Source: Eledone cirrhosa | Taxonomy: Eukaryota | Reading direction: 5' to 3' | Length of the DNA stretch: 64,000 nucleotides | Assembly (NCBI GenBank): GCA_964016885.1 | Contig: OZ024741.1 | Span: 121,458,001-121,522,000 of the forward strand | Shown here: positions 43,283-56,700 of the stretch, piece by piece | Layout of the letters: every line of letters begins with the position of its first letter | How positions within the stretch are numbered: position 1 is the first letter of the stretch | Notes under the pieces: generated by a model | The model's input: only the letters and a program-made list of their open reading frames with translations | Database searches by the model: none | What the model was told of the DNA's origin: nothing | Made by a program: the position numbers and the translations under genes

Positions 43283-43356
<74 letters not shown>

Positions 43357-43625
43357 CTGTGTGTGTGTAGTGCTACTATTACAACTAGCGAAGTTCGCGC
43401 TATATGTAAACGAGGTCTTCCAGCCGATGTTTTTCATTTTGGTCTATGAGATATTAACGACTCTTGAAGCTATACGGATTTCCAGAAGTTTTCCATTCTG
43501 TTTGTGAAACACAAATCCCCATCTCAATTTTATTTTAGAAAATCATAAGAACTGTGAAACCGGTAAAGTAAATAAATATTCTTAAAAGATTGCAGCTGCA
43601 TTTTCAATTTTTTTTCCTCATATAT

Positions 43626-44850
43626 ATGCTAGCTCCACAGTGCCATAGAGCCGCACCCTAGCTTCAAAGTGCCATTTTCCACATATCTGCCCATTGCCAT
43701 AGGGGATCACTCTAGTTCCATATTTCCATACTGTGTCACTTAAGCTCCCCACTTCCATAGAGTGCCACTGAAGCTCCGCAGTGCAATAATACGACACCTT
43801 AGCTCCGAAGTGCCGTATTTTTCCACCTTATCTCCTAATTCCCATACTTCGACATCCTAATTCAATATTTCCATAATGTGTCACTCAAACTTCCCAGTGC
43901 CATAGTGTGCCACCCTAGCTTCAAAGTATCATATTTTTTCCACACTATCTCCCCATTGCCATAGGGGGCGGGTCACCTTAGTATCATATTACCACATAAG
44001 TATGCCACCCTAGCTCTGCAGTGCCATACTTCCGCACCATAGTTTCAAAGTGCCATGTTTTTCCACACTATCTCCCCATTACCATAGGGAGTCCCCTTGC
44101 TCCATATTCTGTCACTGAAGCTTCTCAGTCCCATAGTGTGCCACCCTAGCACCACGGTGCTATAGTGCGGCCCCGTAGCTCCGAAGTGCCGTATTTTGCC
44201 ATCCTATCTCCCCATTGCTATACTGCGACATCCTAGTTCCATATTTCGATACTGTGTCACACAAACTTTCCAGTGCCATAGTGTCCCCCCCCCACCCTAT
44301 TTCCACAGTGCTGTACTGCGGCACATTAGCTTCAAAGTACCATATTTTGCTATACTATCTCCCCAATGCCTTAAGGAGTTGGTTACCATTGCTCCACGTT
44401 TCCTTACTGTGTCACTGAAGCTCCATTAGTCCATAGTGTGCCACCCTGGCTCTGCAGTGTCATAGTGCGGCACCCTACCTCCTAAGTGCCGTATATTGCG
44501 ACCCTATCCACCCCATTGCTGTACTGCGAAATCCTAACCACCTAGTTCCATACTGTGCCACCCTAGCTCCGCAGTGACATAGTGCGGGACCTTAACTTCA
44601 AAGTGCCTTATTTTGCCACCCCATATCACAATTGCCATACTGCTCCACCCTAGCTACATATTTCCATATTGTGTCATTCAAGCTTCCCAGTGTCATAGTG
44701 CGATAACCTAGCTCCGCAATTCCATACTGTGCCACCTTAGCTCCGCCGTGCCACAGTGCGGCAGCCTATCTTCGATGTGCCGTATTTTACCACCCAATCT
44801 CCCCATTGCTATATTTTACCATCCTATGTTCCCAGTGCCATACAGTCCCT
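43626..44850. repeat. degenerate minisatellite/satellite array
   Basis: recurrent ~21-nt subunits like gccatagtgtgccaccctagctcc over about 1.2 kb. Confidence 0.85.
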
Positions 44851-45017
44851 TAACAAAATCTTAAGACACTTATACATTCACACACACACACTTACATATA
44901 CTCATAGGGGTTTGTGCAAAAGTTTAAGCGGTGAATTTTTTTCACCATCATCCCCCTTTCTTCGTTTTAACTCATTTATTTTACGAGCAGACTGACACAC
45001 GGACGGACATGATTCGA

Positions 45018-45081
<64 letters not shown>

Positions 45082-45420
45082 AAAGATAAGTTTATCCCGG
45101 GTTCAATCGGGGGTAACCACAGTAAGTAAGGTACTCAATACAAAGCAGAGTATAAATATTTAATATAGAAAAGACTTCTACAGGACTAGAACTGTTTCAT
45201 TCGGGAGAAATCATCATTATGATATCTCCCGAATGAAACAGTTCTAGTCCTGTAGAAGCCTTTTCTATATTAAATATATATATGCAGAGGTTATATTTAA
45301 TTTGTTGGGATTCAACAAGCTTAAAAATGTTTATAACTGATATTCTATTCAGCGAATTTCAACTGTTGAGGTTGTCTTTTTTCCGGGTATGTCAATATTT
45401 ATTTATAAAACAAATCTGTA

Positions 45421-45482
45421 TTTTATCTGATGAAAGCGCACCATAATTTACCTTGGTTTCCCTTGAAATATATATAATAAAA
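45421..45482 (+). ncRNA. type-I hammerhead ribozyme motif
   Basis: UUUUAU-CUGAUGA-AAG..ACCA..UGGU..CUU-GAAA-UAUAUA-UA-AUAAAA. Confidence 0.8.
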
Positions 45483-46312
45483 TAATTATGGTTTTATAAA
45501 TATAGTTTCCATTTTTTAATATATTATATAGTGTGAAGGCATGTGGCTGATTGGCTAGAGAACTGGATTCGCAATCGTGAAGTGAGTTCGATTCCTGGAC
45601 CGGGCGATGCGTTATGTCCTTGAGCAAGACACTTTATTTCACGTTGCTCCTTCTACCTGGAGTTGCGACCGATAGATAGTATTAGCAATTGGAAAGACCC
45701 ATGGGAACATTGTTTCCTCGGTCCGATTTGACGAAAGTCGATCGACTGTAAAAATATATATATATATTCATTGAAGTTTGGTTGTTCACCACTGGTTAAA
45801 ACTGGTCATTCAGTATAGTTAACCATGATGTAATTGTACAAAAGCACTCGACGTTACGCAACTCCTCCAGCTTTAGTATTGAATCCTGTTGTTGGTGCAG
45901 GAACAGAGTTAATTATTATTGAATAAAAAATTTATTTAAACGAGAGAAACCGTTGATTTCCGTTGACCCCCCCCCCCATTACTGATACCATCTGTATGTT
46001 CCAACTCCTGGTAGTAGCGTCACTGCCAAACGCATAGCTTCAGAACAAAAACCGCTTTAATTATTCCGTCAATCGACCACACCTAGAGTAGTATTTTATT
46101 TATCAATCCTGAAAGGATAAAATACACAGTTGATCTCGGTGGCCTTTTAATTGAGAACCCACAGAGCTGTAACAAAGATACTCTAACGACACCACCAATT
46201 TGCTAACTTCTACAAAATAATTGCAGCAATAGCAACAATAACAGCAAAAACAGCAGCAACAACAAAATATATACATATACAAGAGGTAAAAAGAAGAAAG
46301 GTTTGCTCCTAC

Positions 46313-46552
46313 TTTCTACGATAACATTAGTTGTGCACGTGTTGTTGTTTCCGGCGCTATCAGTAGCAATGTATTCTATTGTGAGGTTGCTGTTGAGGAT
46401 GAAATCTTGACCAATGTAATCTGGCTTTACTGCAATACTAACGATTCCAGAGTTGTCTGTAAATTCAGGCTGTGTCACGTTCAACAAACTGTACTGAGTT
46501 AGAGTCACCGAGTTGATACATGTGCCAGGCACCAATACAGGTAGTTCAGCAT
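46313..46552 (-). CDS. exon, HYR domain
   Basis: ttttag|AT GCT...GAA A|gtagga; 240 nt; DAELPVL..C...PEFTDNSG...IEYIATDSAGNNNTCTTNVIV. Confidence 0.9.
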
Positions 46553-46621
46553 CTAAAAGTTATAAAAAGAAATTATCAGTTATAAAACACGGAATAGATC
46601 TCCGTCGTTATCGATGATAAG

Positions 46622-46860
46622 TGTTACATAAGAATTTGATAAGTTATGATTTAAACACTAGCTTAATAATGAGAACATTTATAATATTACTAAATTATTC
46701 AATGTTACATAAGAATCTTTGATAAGTTACGCTTTAAACTCTAGCTTAATGATGAAAAAATTTATAATATTACTAAATTACTCAATGTTACATAAGAATC
46801 TTTGATAAGTTTAAACAATAGCTTAACAATGAGAATATTCGTAATATTATCAAATTACTC
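46622..46860. repeat. tandem repeat, 3 x ~82 bp, AT-rich
   Basis: tgttacataagaat at 46622, 46703, 46786. Confidence 0.85.
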
Positions 46861-48629
46861 CAAATTCGTAATTAAGAAAATATATTGAAAATTATGAAAT
46901 ATATTGAAAATCATAGGTTGTGTTTTCATATGGTAACAACATGACTAAAATATCCATAAAACTACACCATACTATTTTTGATTAAAAAAAAGACACGTTA
47001 TATAATTTATTTGGATATAACAAACAAACACTCGTTTAGGGAGAGAGGGAAAGTCAAAAACGTCATTGGATAATTATTTTATCAGTGCCCCAGAGAATTG
47101 TAGGAGGAATGGACATCCATCGATTTCGACGATGTTTGATCCATTTGTTCGATCACAGGAATAGCCTGTTCATGAAATTAATGTGTAAATGACTGAGCAT
47201 TCCATAGAAACATACACCTTTAACTTAATTCTCTGGACCACACAGCATGGCACGATTTATGTAACAAGACTGGTCATCCGACATGCTGCCAAACAGTTTC
47301 CGTCAACCCAATACCACCCACATGGCATGAGTAGACCAGAGACTATGTTAAATGACACTTGCCCAAGATGCAACACAGTGGGATTAAACCCGAGACTTAA
47401 TGATTACGAACGGTTAAGAAGTCCCTCACCAATCGGCTATGCCGTATCCACAATTATAAAACAATAAGTATAGTGAACAATTCATACTCATATACAGAAC
47501 ACACACACACACGCTCTCTCGTCTGTGAGGAACTTTCAGCAATGTTGCTTAACCGGCTAGAAATAGCAGCCAGATCCCGCCGCAAAAATCCTTATTTAAA
47601 GGAAGGATTATGTATGTAAGTGTGTATGTGTGTATGTATGTATGTCTAGATGTGTGAGGAGGGTAATATTTGGACACCCTGCGGGATGAAATACAAGACC
47701 CGGCAAAGGGCGGAGGAACTCAACAGAGTCAACGGCCATCCAAATAGTACTGGAAGTGAAAGGCCCCCAGTAGTTTTCACAACACCTTTCTAAGAGAGAA
47801 ACTCTGAAAAATAAACCTGCGGCTTCGGAAGCATCCAATGATGCTGACCAGTTCTCCTTTTCGGGTAGTGTTTTCGATGCTCAGAGAGTGGGATTGGTTG
47901 AGTGCAAGGCCTTTCCCCACTTAAAAAACCTTTCAAACCACAGGAATTGCTTGTTCAGGATCTGTTACACTTTCGTGTGGCTGGCCGTAGCCTAAAAGTG
48001 CACCAAACTCTATAATCTGACAAACGATTGCAGTACTCATAGCAGAGTTTGCAGCCATCATGTCTATATGTATGTTCTTTTGGTTTTATTATTTTATAAA
48101 TTTTCACCGAGAGAGAGAGCCGATTTCTAACATAGAAACAAGACTCTTTCATTGGAATTTAGACATCAACTAGGTAAATCGTATGTGTGTTTGTATGTGC
48201 TTGTTTGTGTGTGTGCAGGTACTGGTGTTATTACACTTGTGGATCTGTATTATTTAAGTTATATGTGTACACGTACATATGTTTCTGTATCTATATGTGT
48301 ATATATACAGTTATTATATCCCGAATTTCTGAAATGTTTTACATATATTTACAGTTCCATTAATGGACTGTACTTGCAACTTCCTAACTAGCCGTTTTTT
48401 TCTATCTATCCATATAGATACTCACACTCACGCACACATATATATAAAAAACAAGCATTCTTCTTTTCTTTCTTCCTTAGAACCAGACTCATGAATTATC
48501 GGAGTAAATGCACAAACTCAAATCTCCTTCCTCATTACACATAGGAACCCACCTCCCCAAAACAAAAAAAAACAAAAGATACAAATTGGCAATAGGACAA
48601 ACTTTGGAATTCTTTAGAGATATATTTAC

Positions 48630-48821
48630 CAAGGCATGTTGGGATTTCTCCTGACCACACTAGTCTAGATTTGTTATGATTTTCTATACAAATTCTTGTG
48701 TTGTTTTGATATGGTCTATAGCCGTTTTTACTGCAATCGTATAAAGCAACGCCTCCAACAGAATAGGTGTCCACCACGACATTTCCCCCCGCGGGGAATA
48801 ATGGATCGTCACACATCACTC
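48630..48821 (-). CDS. exon, Sushi/CCP domain
   Basis: tttcag|GA GTG ATG TGT...CTT G|gtaaat; 192 nt; VMCDDP...YSVGGVALYDCSKNGY...WSGEIPTCL. Confidence 0.9.
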
Positions 48822-50430
48822 CTGAAATATAATAACGATTTATGTTGCGTCGGGAAAAGATATGAGAAAAATAAAAACAGTGACCTTTATTGAGAATGGA
48901 GGCAAGCCGTCGAGTGCTCCAGTTGATTCAATCAACGGAACTGCCTGCTCCTGAATTTAACCCGCAAGTGGCTGAGCATTCCATCAACACGTCAACCCTT
49001 ACAGGTACAAACTCATTTTTACCAAAAATAAAGTGTCTTGCTCAACGACACAACGCGCCGCCTGGTCTGAGAATCGAAATTACGACCTCCACGAAGCCAC
49101 GTGCTTTCAATTTATTAAGAATACAAGTGAGAAAAGAGACAAAAAGAAAGAGAAAAAGTAATAATAAATAAATAAATAACAAGGAGAATCAGGACGGTAT
49201 ATTTCAGCTATTGGCAAGATGGCGAAAGTATTGCCGTAAAGAACAGCTTGCAACTGCTGTAAAAAGGAAACGGTCTGTATATGCCTGATGATTAGTCAAC
49301 TTCCGCTTCTCTGCGTTGCGGGTTTGTGGTTAAACCGATGAAGAGTTATGCAGTCAGGGCGTTTACGGCCATTGTGTTCGAGACCGACAGGTTCCAGTTG
49401 TGACGGGAAACCGGTGACAAAAATCTAATAGAAAAAACTTCACTAATCTAAAAATGACTGAATTTACATCGTAACATTTTTTCTGAATTAATGTTAGTAT
49501 AATATTTTAGATTTAAACTTGCATTATAAATTTCTTCCTGATTTTATCAGAAAAATAATTAACCTTGAGGAAATGTATATAAAAAATATATAATAATTGT
49601 TAAAATCTTCATCGCAACATTAAAATGTAATATAGTTAATAACTTGATCTATTTTTTGTGTTGGTCACAATAGAAACATTCAGTTTCTCCGGTGTTCAGA
49701 CGGCCGCTTTCCTCAACTAAATCGGGATGACCGCATCAAACCTAAAAAAGTAGCCACGCGAGCTGAAATGGCCGATGTAGCAGGTACTACAGCAACATTT
49801 TGCCTTTTTTGTCCATGTAGCTGAAATACACTGCCCATCCAATTGTATAGAGTTTATCCATTCTCATTTTTCTTTCCCCTTTTTCTTCCTTTTTTTATTC
49901 TCTTTACCATTGTGACACAAACGTATTTATTTCTTCATTTATTTTATTATTTAGGGTCTACAGAGGGTTAAAGACAGTACCCAGATTTTATACTCATACA
50001 ACCATATTATTTTATTCTATTCCGTTAAGATTCCAACGATAAAAAATCTTAGTACATTGACATGATACATTTTATTCTAGCTTATCATGCCCTTCGCAAA
50101 ACATCAGAGATAGATGCCTCATCTCATGGTCCCAGCTGACAGAATTGCAAATGTGTTCATCTGGAGGATAACCAGAGCGAAGTCAATCCAACTCTTGGAG
50201 ATCGATCGTTCTTGTAGATAGCCATCCCCCTCTCGATCTCAGCAGGTAGGTAGGTGGATCAGGGACCAACGACGCTAGAAGTTTCCACCATAATGGGTTC
50301 GACAATAATACTATGGGAGAACGGCCGGTTCTATGACAGTTTGCAATCTTCAACATGTCAGGCAACGGATCCTGAGTCGGACGCTAGATATCTGTTTGGA
50401 AAGTGATGACAATTAAATGATTTTCCTTAC

Positions 50431-50622
50431 CTATACATCTTAGGTCACCATCATCCCATTTTCCATCAGAAGCACAACGCACAAACGTATCATTTTTGCT
50501 ACTGTTTCCTGTCAGAATGTATAAATCATTACATGCCATTGCAAACATGGACCCATAAACAGTGATATTGATTGTTGTAATGTTGGATCCGGCAATAACG
50601 TTTGGTTGGCCACAGTCGATAA
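50431..50622 (-). CDS. exon, Sushi/CCP domain
   Basis: ttatag|TT ATC GAC TGT...TGT ATA G|gtaagg; 192 nt; VIDCGQP...YGS...ACNDLYILTG...RCASDGKWDDGDLRCI. Confidence 0.9.
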
Positions 50623-50654
50623 CTATAAAAAATAAATCAGAAAATCAGACATGT

Positions 50655-51100
50655 AATTCAAAAGGGTAGCTTTGTCACACACTGTCACGCTGAATGTCAC
50701 AGAGAAATATGTTAAGGGTACACGTGTCTGTGGAGCATTCAAATACACTATAACACAAATTGAATTGTATATATAATTCAAAGGGCCAGCTTTGTGACAC
50801 CCCGTGACACGCCGAATCTGCCAGAGAAATATGTTATGGGTACATGTGTCTGTGGAGCATTCAGATACTTACACTATAATACAAATTTAACTATATATAA
50901 TTCAAAGGGCCAGCCCTGTGACACGCTGAATCTCCCAGAGAAATATGTTATGGGTACACGTGTCTGTAGAGTACTCAGATACTTAGACTATAATACAAGT
51001 CGTACTGTACCTCTAATTCAAAGGGCCAGCCTAGTTACACACTTTGTCACGTTGACTTTACCTGAGAATTACTTTAAGGGTACACGCAGCTGTGAAATAT
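50655..51100. repeat. tandem array, 4 x ~120 bp, SINE-derived
   Basis: units begin aattcaaa(a)ggg at about 50655, 50775, 50899, 51016. Confidence 0.85.
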
Positions 51101-51262
51101 TTATCAAATTACACGTTAATTTAACAAGTAAACCGTTCCAACGTGAAAATCGATGGAGCTCCATTTTCTTATTATATTCCGAGAATACGAAAAGTGCCAA
51201 AAACCAAAAAAAAAACCCAAAACAAAACAAAACAGAACACTAATGGAATGTTTGATACTAAC

Positions 51263-51463
51263 CTCCACACTCATACGAGTCACCAAACAACTGGTTTGTT
51301 TTTGTGGTTGGATCATATAGACATTGGCGCTGTCGATATTCAATGCCTTTGCCAGTAATATCACACGAGAAGTTGAGATAACCGAGGTAGGGAATACTTT
51401 CATTAGTCAGAAGATCCGGTTTGTTCACAAGGCCAACTAACGGTTCAAGTGGGCATTTCATTT
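51263..51463 (-). CDS. SVEP1/uninflatable-like gene, first exon found in window (divergent Sushi/CCP)
   Basis: ttcacag|AA ATG AAA TGC...TGT GGA G|gttagt; 201 nt, phase 1-1; MKCPLEP...LNFSCD...RQC...SYECG. Confidence 0.8.
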
Positions 51464-52720
51464 CTGTGAAGTAATCAAAGATATATCACAATAATTGAAC
51501 TGAAGTAAAACTCATAAATTTTACGTTAAAAGGTATATGAGAGTAACACTGGACAAATTAACAAAGGGATTCAATATTTGTTTGAATACTGTACAAAATA
51601 TAATTTAGAGATATATCAGATGAAAGAATGGTATTTAACTAATGTATTGGTACGCGATGGGGCCCACCCACAGCCCCGGCGGACAGAATGGAGAAGGCGT
51701 TTCCTCGGCGCTGGAAAAAGGTATATTATGTATGAACCCGTAGCTCTTGATGGAGTCAAAGTGGAGCCATCATGATATACAGCGTGTCCTCGGCATTTTA
51801 AACCTCTCCAGGTCGGAGCACAGCCGATTTCTTATAGAGAGCGAGAAGGGGAGGGAGAGATTGAGAGAAAGAAAGACAGAAAGAGCGAGGGAGAGAGAGA
51901 GAGAAAGAGGGAGAGAGAGAAAGAGAGAGTGTGTGTGTGTGTGTGTGAGGGGAGAGAGGAAGTGAGAAAGGGATATAGAATCGACTCCAGTACTTGGTTT
52001 GTACCTTTTTTTATCGACTTCGAAAAAGTAAAAGGCAAAGTTAACCTCGGCGGAATTTGAACTCAGAGAGCGCAGTGAACCATACCTCAAGGCATTTTAT
52101 CTGGGGTTCTAATGACTCTGTACATTTACTACATACAGTGCTATATTACTGAGTTCAAAATTCTGAGATTAAAGATTATACTAGTCTAAGTCTAAAGTCT
52201 ATCTTAAGCCAGAAGGCTCATTTGACCGGTGCTTATCTCGGTTTCATGGTGTGAAGCAACTGAGAGTACAAGATTCCCCGCTGGACAGGACGCCAGTCCC
52301 TCACAGGGAGAAACGTCAAACGAAGTGTTTTGCCCAAGAACACACGCAACTAAGGAATCGAACCCACGACATTATGGTCGTAAGTCCAACACCCTTACCC
52401 CTGGCCCACGTGCCTCCACTAAACATTATACTAGAGGTTATTTTATATACTACAATGACTAAATCTCTACTTGCCAATGAATACCTAACTTACACCAGAT
52501 TCCACTCATATTTCTTGTGAGGTGACAAGGTATCAACCTTGTCAAGAAAACATTTCAGAAGACCGTGCTATTATGCTATTATAGATACACATTTGATACG
52601 AATTAATGTTTTCAAGTTGATAATCTAGTAAAATACGCTCTCTCACTGACATCCCTAGTCATATGGCAATCATATTCTATCCTATACAGTTCTCTGCATG
52701 CACATAGAATGATATTTTTA

Positions 52721-52767
<47 letters not shown>

Positions 52768-52768
<1 letters not shown>

Positions 52769-53665
52769 CTAGCCGAATTACCTACGCCTTGCTGCATTTC
52801 ACATATTTTTTTTGTAAGAAAATGATGATTGATTTTAAATCAGTGATATAATTTATGGAGAAAAACTCTGCATTTCAATATTACTGAATATAAAATGTAA
52901 TGCATGAAAAATTGGAAAACATTATTACGGGGTCGATAAAATAAAGTACCAGTAATGCACTGGGTAATTGCTGGCCTTGTGCCTAAAGTAGAGACAATTA
53001 TTTTTTGTAATATATCAAATCAAAATTACATCATTAAATCTTATTCTTATTTTGTTTCTTGTAAATATTTTTTTTTCAAAATATCAATTCAAAACGTTTG
53101 TGAATAGGCATCATAACTTGTCATTTACCTATGATTTAAATTTCATATAAATCGAAGGGAAAAGATTTTCAGCGGGGGACTGTGCCTCGGGGAACCCTAG
53201 CAGGGTGTTTAACCCCCATTAGGGTGTCTTAATAATATTAAAATTTGCTGAAATTTTGTGAATAGGCATCATATCTTGTCATTTACTTATGGTTTAAATT
53301 TCATATCAATCGAAGGGAAAATATTTTCAGCGGGGGTCTGTGCCTCGGGGAACCCTAACAGGGGGTTTAACCCCCATTAGGGTGTCTTAATAATATTAAA
53401 ATTTGCTGAAATTTTGTGAATAGGCATCATATCTTGTCATTTACTCATGGTTTAAATTTCATATAAATCGAAGGGAAACAATTTTCAGGGATGGGGGGTG
53501 TGTGCCCCGGAGAACCCTTTGATTAAAATGAAATATAATTATACAAGTACTCTGGGCAATGTAGTTTCAGAATATATATGGTTATGGGGGTCTATCTCCA
53601 AAACTATAGGAGTAATTCTTGAACAAACAAACAAACAAACAGAGGAATACAACTTTATATATATA
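52768..53665 (+). mobile_element. Helentron/HINE-like element with an internal 158-bp tandem array
   Basis: 5' ACTAGCCG..CCTACGCCTTGC; repeat units at 53100, 53258, 53416; 3' (AAAC)n then tttatatatat. Confidence 0.6.
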
Positions 53666-53724
53666 ATAATAATAATAATTGTTTCTACTTTAGGCACAAG
53701 GCCAGCAATTACCCAGTACATAAT

Positions 53725-56700
53725 GATTTCTTTATTAACCACAAGGGTTTACATAAAGTAGACATTAAGGACAGTACAGGACAATATAGGACGGTACAAA
53801 TGGGCATTTCTGCGTGAAAAAAAAAACAGAGGATGTAATAAAAAAATAACAATGAAAAATTCCCCAATAGGGGGGTGACTTCCGAGGGACATTTGTGGAG
53901 AAAGCCCATTAAAAGGCCACAGTGACCCTGACCACCAGAGCAAGTGCCCTCTCCCAGTTTTCCACCTTTAATTTACAGACACATACTCAGAGTAGGCCCA
54001 TTCACTCGGGCCATACTTGCTTCTCTCACCCATCTTTCAACAAAATGCTGGGAAGAGAGCACTTCCCTTTCTACCCTGATTTTCCTTTTCAAATGAAATT
54101 TGAAAAAGTTAATCAGGGCATCACCGAAGAGGTAAGTGCTCGTCTTCAGCCCTTTCAAACGTGTCCACCATACTATCTCTTTCGCCATGGCCACCAGACA
54201 GATAAAAAAACTGCCTGCCCTTCCCGGCTAAAGGAGGAGGGCGGGGCAATCCTCACGATGGACTCAGCTGATAGCTGGATCTGTCCTACACGTGACAGCA
54301 GGTGTACGACATAAACCCACAAGTCAGCAATGCTCGGACACTGGACGAGTGCGTGCAGGACGATTTCGTCGCCCTGCCCGCACCTCGGACATGCCCGGAA
54401 TGACGGCACCTCCATGCCTGTAGAGTTTATCTCCAACCAGAAAAGCTCCTCGGTAGCACTGCCAGGCCAGGGATTTCTGGAAGTTGTCCATAGGCCCCGG
54501 CCCGAAAGTCCTTCCGAAGAGATTGGCTAGTTGATTTTCGTCGACGCCTAGAGTTTCTCCAAGTACGTCGTCGCTCTTCCCCTCCACTAATCCTCTATAG
54601 AACGCCAAGGTGGAGTTTCCACCGATTACATTGCCCGATTGGTCGAGGGCTGTCAGCGCCTGAAGACATTCCAGTCTCCAAGCGCTCCCTCTCGATCTTC
54701 GCTTGACCCAGGACTGCAGTTCCGTCATGGAGACGAGCTGGGGAAAGACGTGTCTAGCAAACGGCGACCACAACTGATCACCGTCGAGGAAGAGGTGGAG
54801 ATGTCGTAGCCCGAGCGCGTGTCTGCGCATCATCAGCCACGGCATGCCCAGCGTAGCGGGTGTTGACAGCAGATGGACCGCCTGACCATCGGAGTGCGTC
54901 CCTTCCACAAAAAGCGAAAGAGCAAACGCTCCAGCGCAGTCAGGCGGGGCTTAGGACAAGGTACGACGGTCAGTCGGTAGTAGATGACGGACGCGATGTA
55001 CGTGTTAGCCACCTCCGCTCGACCTTTCAGGGATAGCTTCCTCTCCGCCCATTTCTGGGTGAGAGAAGCCAACCTGCTCGTCACCTCGTCCCAGTTTTTG
55101 TCCGTCTGGAGGTCTGGACCGAACCAGACCCCTAGCAATTTAACCGGTCCGCAAGTCCAGCGCCCGACGGCGCTATCGGACGGCATGGACCTGCCTCTCC
55201 AGGTGCCGAGCTGCAGGCCCACTGACTTTTCCTGGTTGACAGGGGTAATGACCCCTGTCACCGCTTCGTATTCTCTTAGTGTAGTGCCGATCGCCTCGAT
55301 GTGTTTGGCGTTCGACACCACTACGGTGACATCGTCGGCATATGCTGACACGGATCTTGCGCATCCTAGTTCGCGCGGGATGCCCCTCAACGTCTCCAGT
55401 TTGTGCAGTAATGGCTCGGGAATCAATACGTACAAGAGGGACGAGAGGGGACATCCTTGGCAGACCGAGCGCATGATGTTGAACAGTTCCGAAAGGTGAC
55501 CGTTCACTCTCACCACAGAGCAGATGTCGCTGTGCATGGCAGCGATCCAGCCTCTGAAGACGGGGCCAAAGCCAGCCGCCCTCAGGACTGCCGCTAGGTA
55601 ACGATGGTCGACCCTATCGAAAGCTTTCGACTGATCTAAATTGATCAAGGACCCATGCGTGCCAGGTTCCCTAGCTACCTCTCTACGATGTATCGCATGC
55701 GGTGGAGGTTGTCGTGGATGGATCTGTCGGGAATGGCGCAGGTCTGCGCCTCTCCCTCCAGACCACCAACGACAAGCGCTAACCTCTTTGCTAGCACCTT
55801 GGCCAAAATCTTGAACTCTGTGTTTAGCAGAGTTATGGGCCTGAAATTATCTATGTTATCCCCCTTGTTCTGATCCTTTCTCAGCAGCGCAACAGCTCCT
55901 CGGCTCACAGAGCTGGGAATTCTCGCGTTCTGTTGCCAGTTGCAGTAGACGTCCACCAAGAGGCCTCCGAACAAGTCTGGCATCTGTACGTAAAGTTCAT
56001 AGGGCAGACCATCCAAACCAGGCGATTTACCCCTTGTGCAGCCAGTCATTACCTCCCGTACTTCAGCGGCTGTTATCGGCTTTTCGCAACACTCCGCCTC
56101 AGTGGCCGAGAGCCGCGGCAGTCCGTCGAGGTAGACACTAAAGTCCATCCCTCGCGCCGGCCCGCCGCTGCCCCCGAACAGCTGTGCGAAGTGTCGCTGA
56201 AAAGCTTCACACATTTGCCCGGGATCGAGTAGCATGCGCCCGTCGTGGTCCACCAAAGACCGGATCGTGGCTTTGTTGCCACGGCTTGCCTCCGCCACTC
56301 GGGCCCATTGAACGGCTTTCGTGCCCTCGTGACTGAGAGCACGCACCCTAGCTTTGACAACGCAGCCTTCGTGCTTTGCATTGAAGAATTGGTCAAGGGC
56401 CAATTTCGCCGCAAGTACGTCGGTCGCGATGCCTTTGCTAAGCGCCTCGTCTAATTTTCTAACTAATTCTACTTCTGCTCTATTTTTCTCTATTACCTAA
56501 AGCCTTACTAAACCTAATGGACTCTATTCTAATTGCTCTTTTCAGAGCAAACCACCACTTATTGTTGACGATGGCCCCCGTCAACGCCCGCTTAACTAGT
56601 TCACTAATCCGGTCTCTGTAGGCTTTGCGCGCTGGTAAGGACGCGTTTAGCTTCCAGTAGCCGGGTCCTCGTCTATTAAGCCTATCTAAGTCAACCACAC

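Noticed and set aside
43626-44850. CRISPR-like repeat/spacer array
   Set aside because: Degenerate contiguous subunits with no unique spacers and no cas genes, in a eukaryotic intron
49284-49350. CUGAUGA at 49285 as a hammerhead core
   Set aside because: No properly spaced stem II-GAAA-stem III or stem I partner found
52494-52570. Candidate upstream exon ending at a gtaagt donor
   Set aside because: A phase-1 join to the 51463 exon gives T+AA (stop), and the peptide has no domain features
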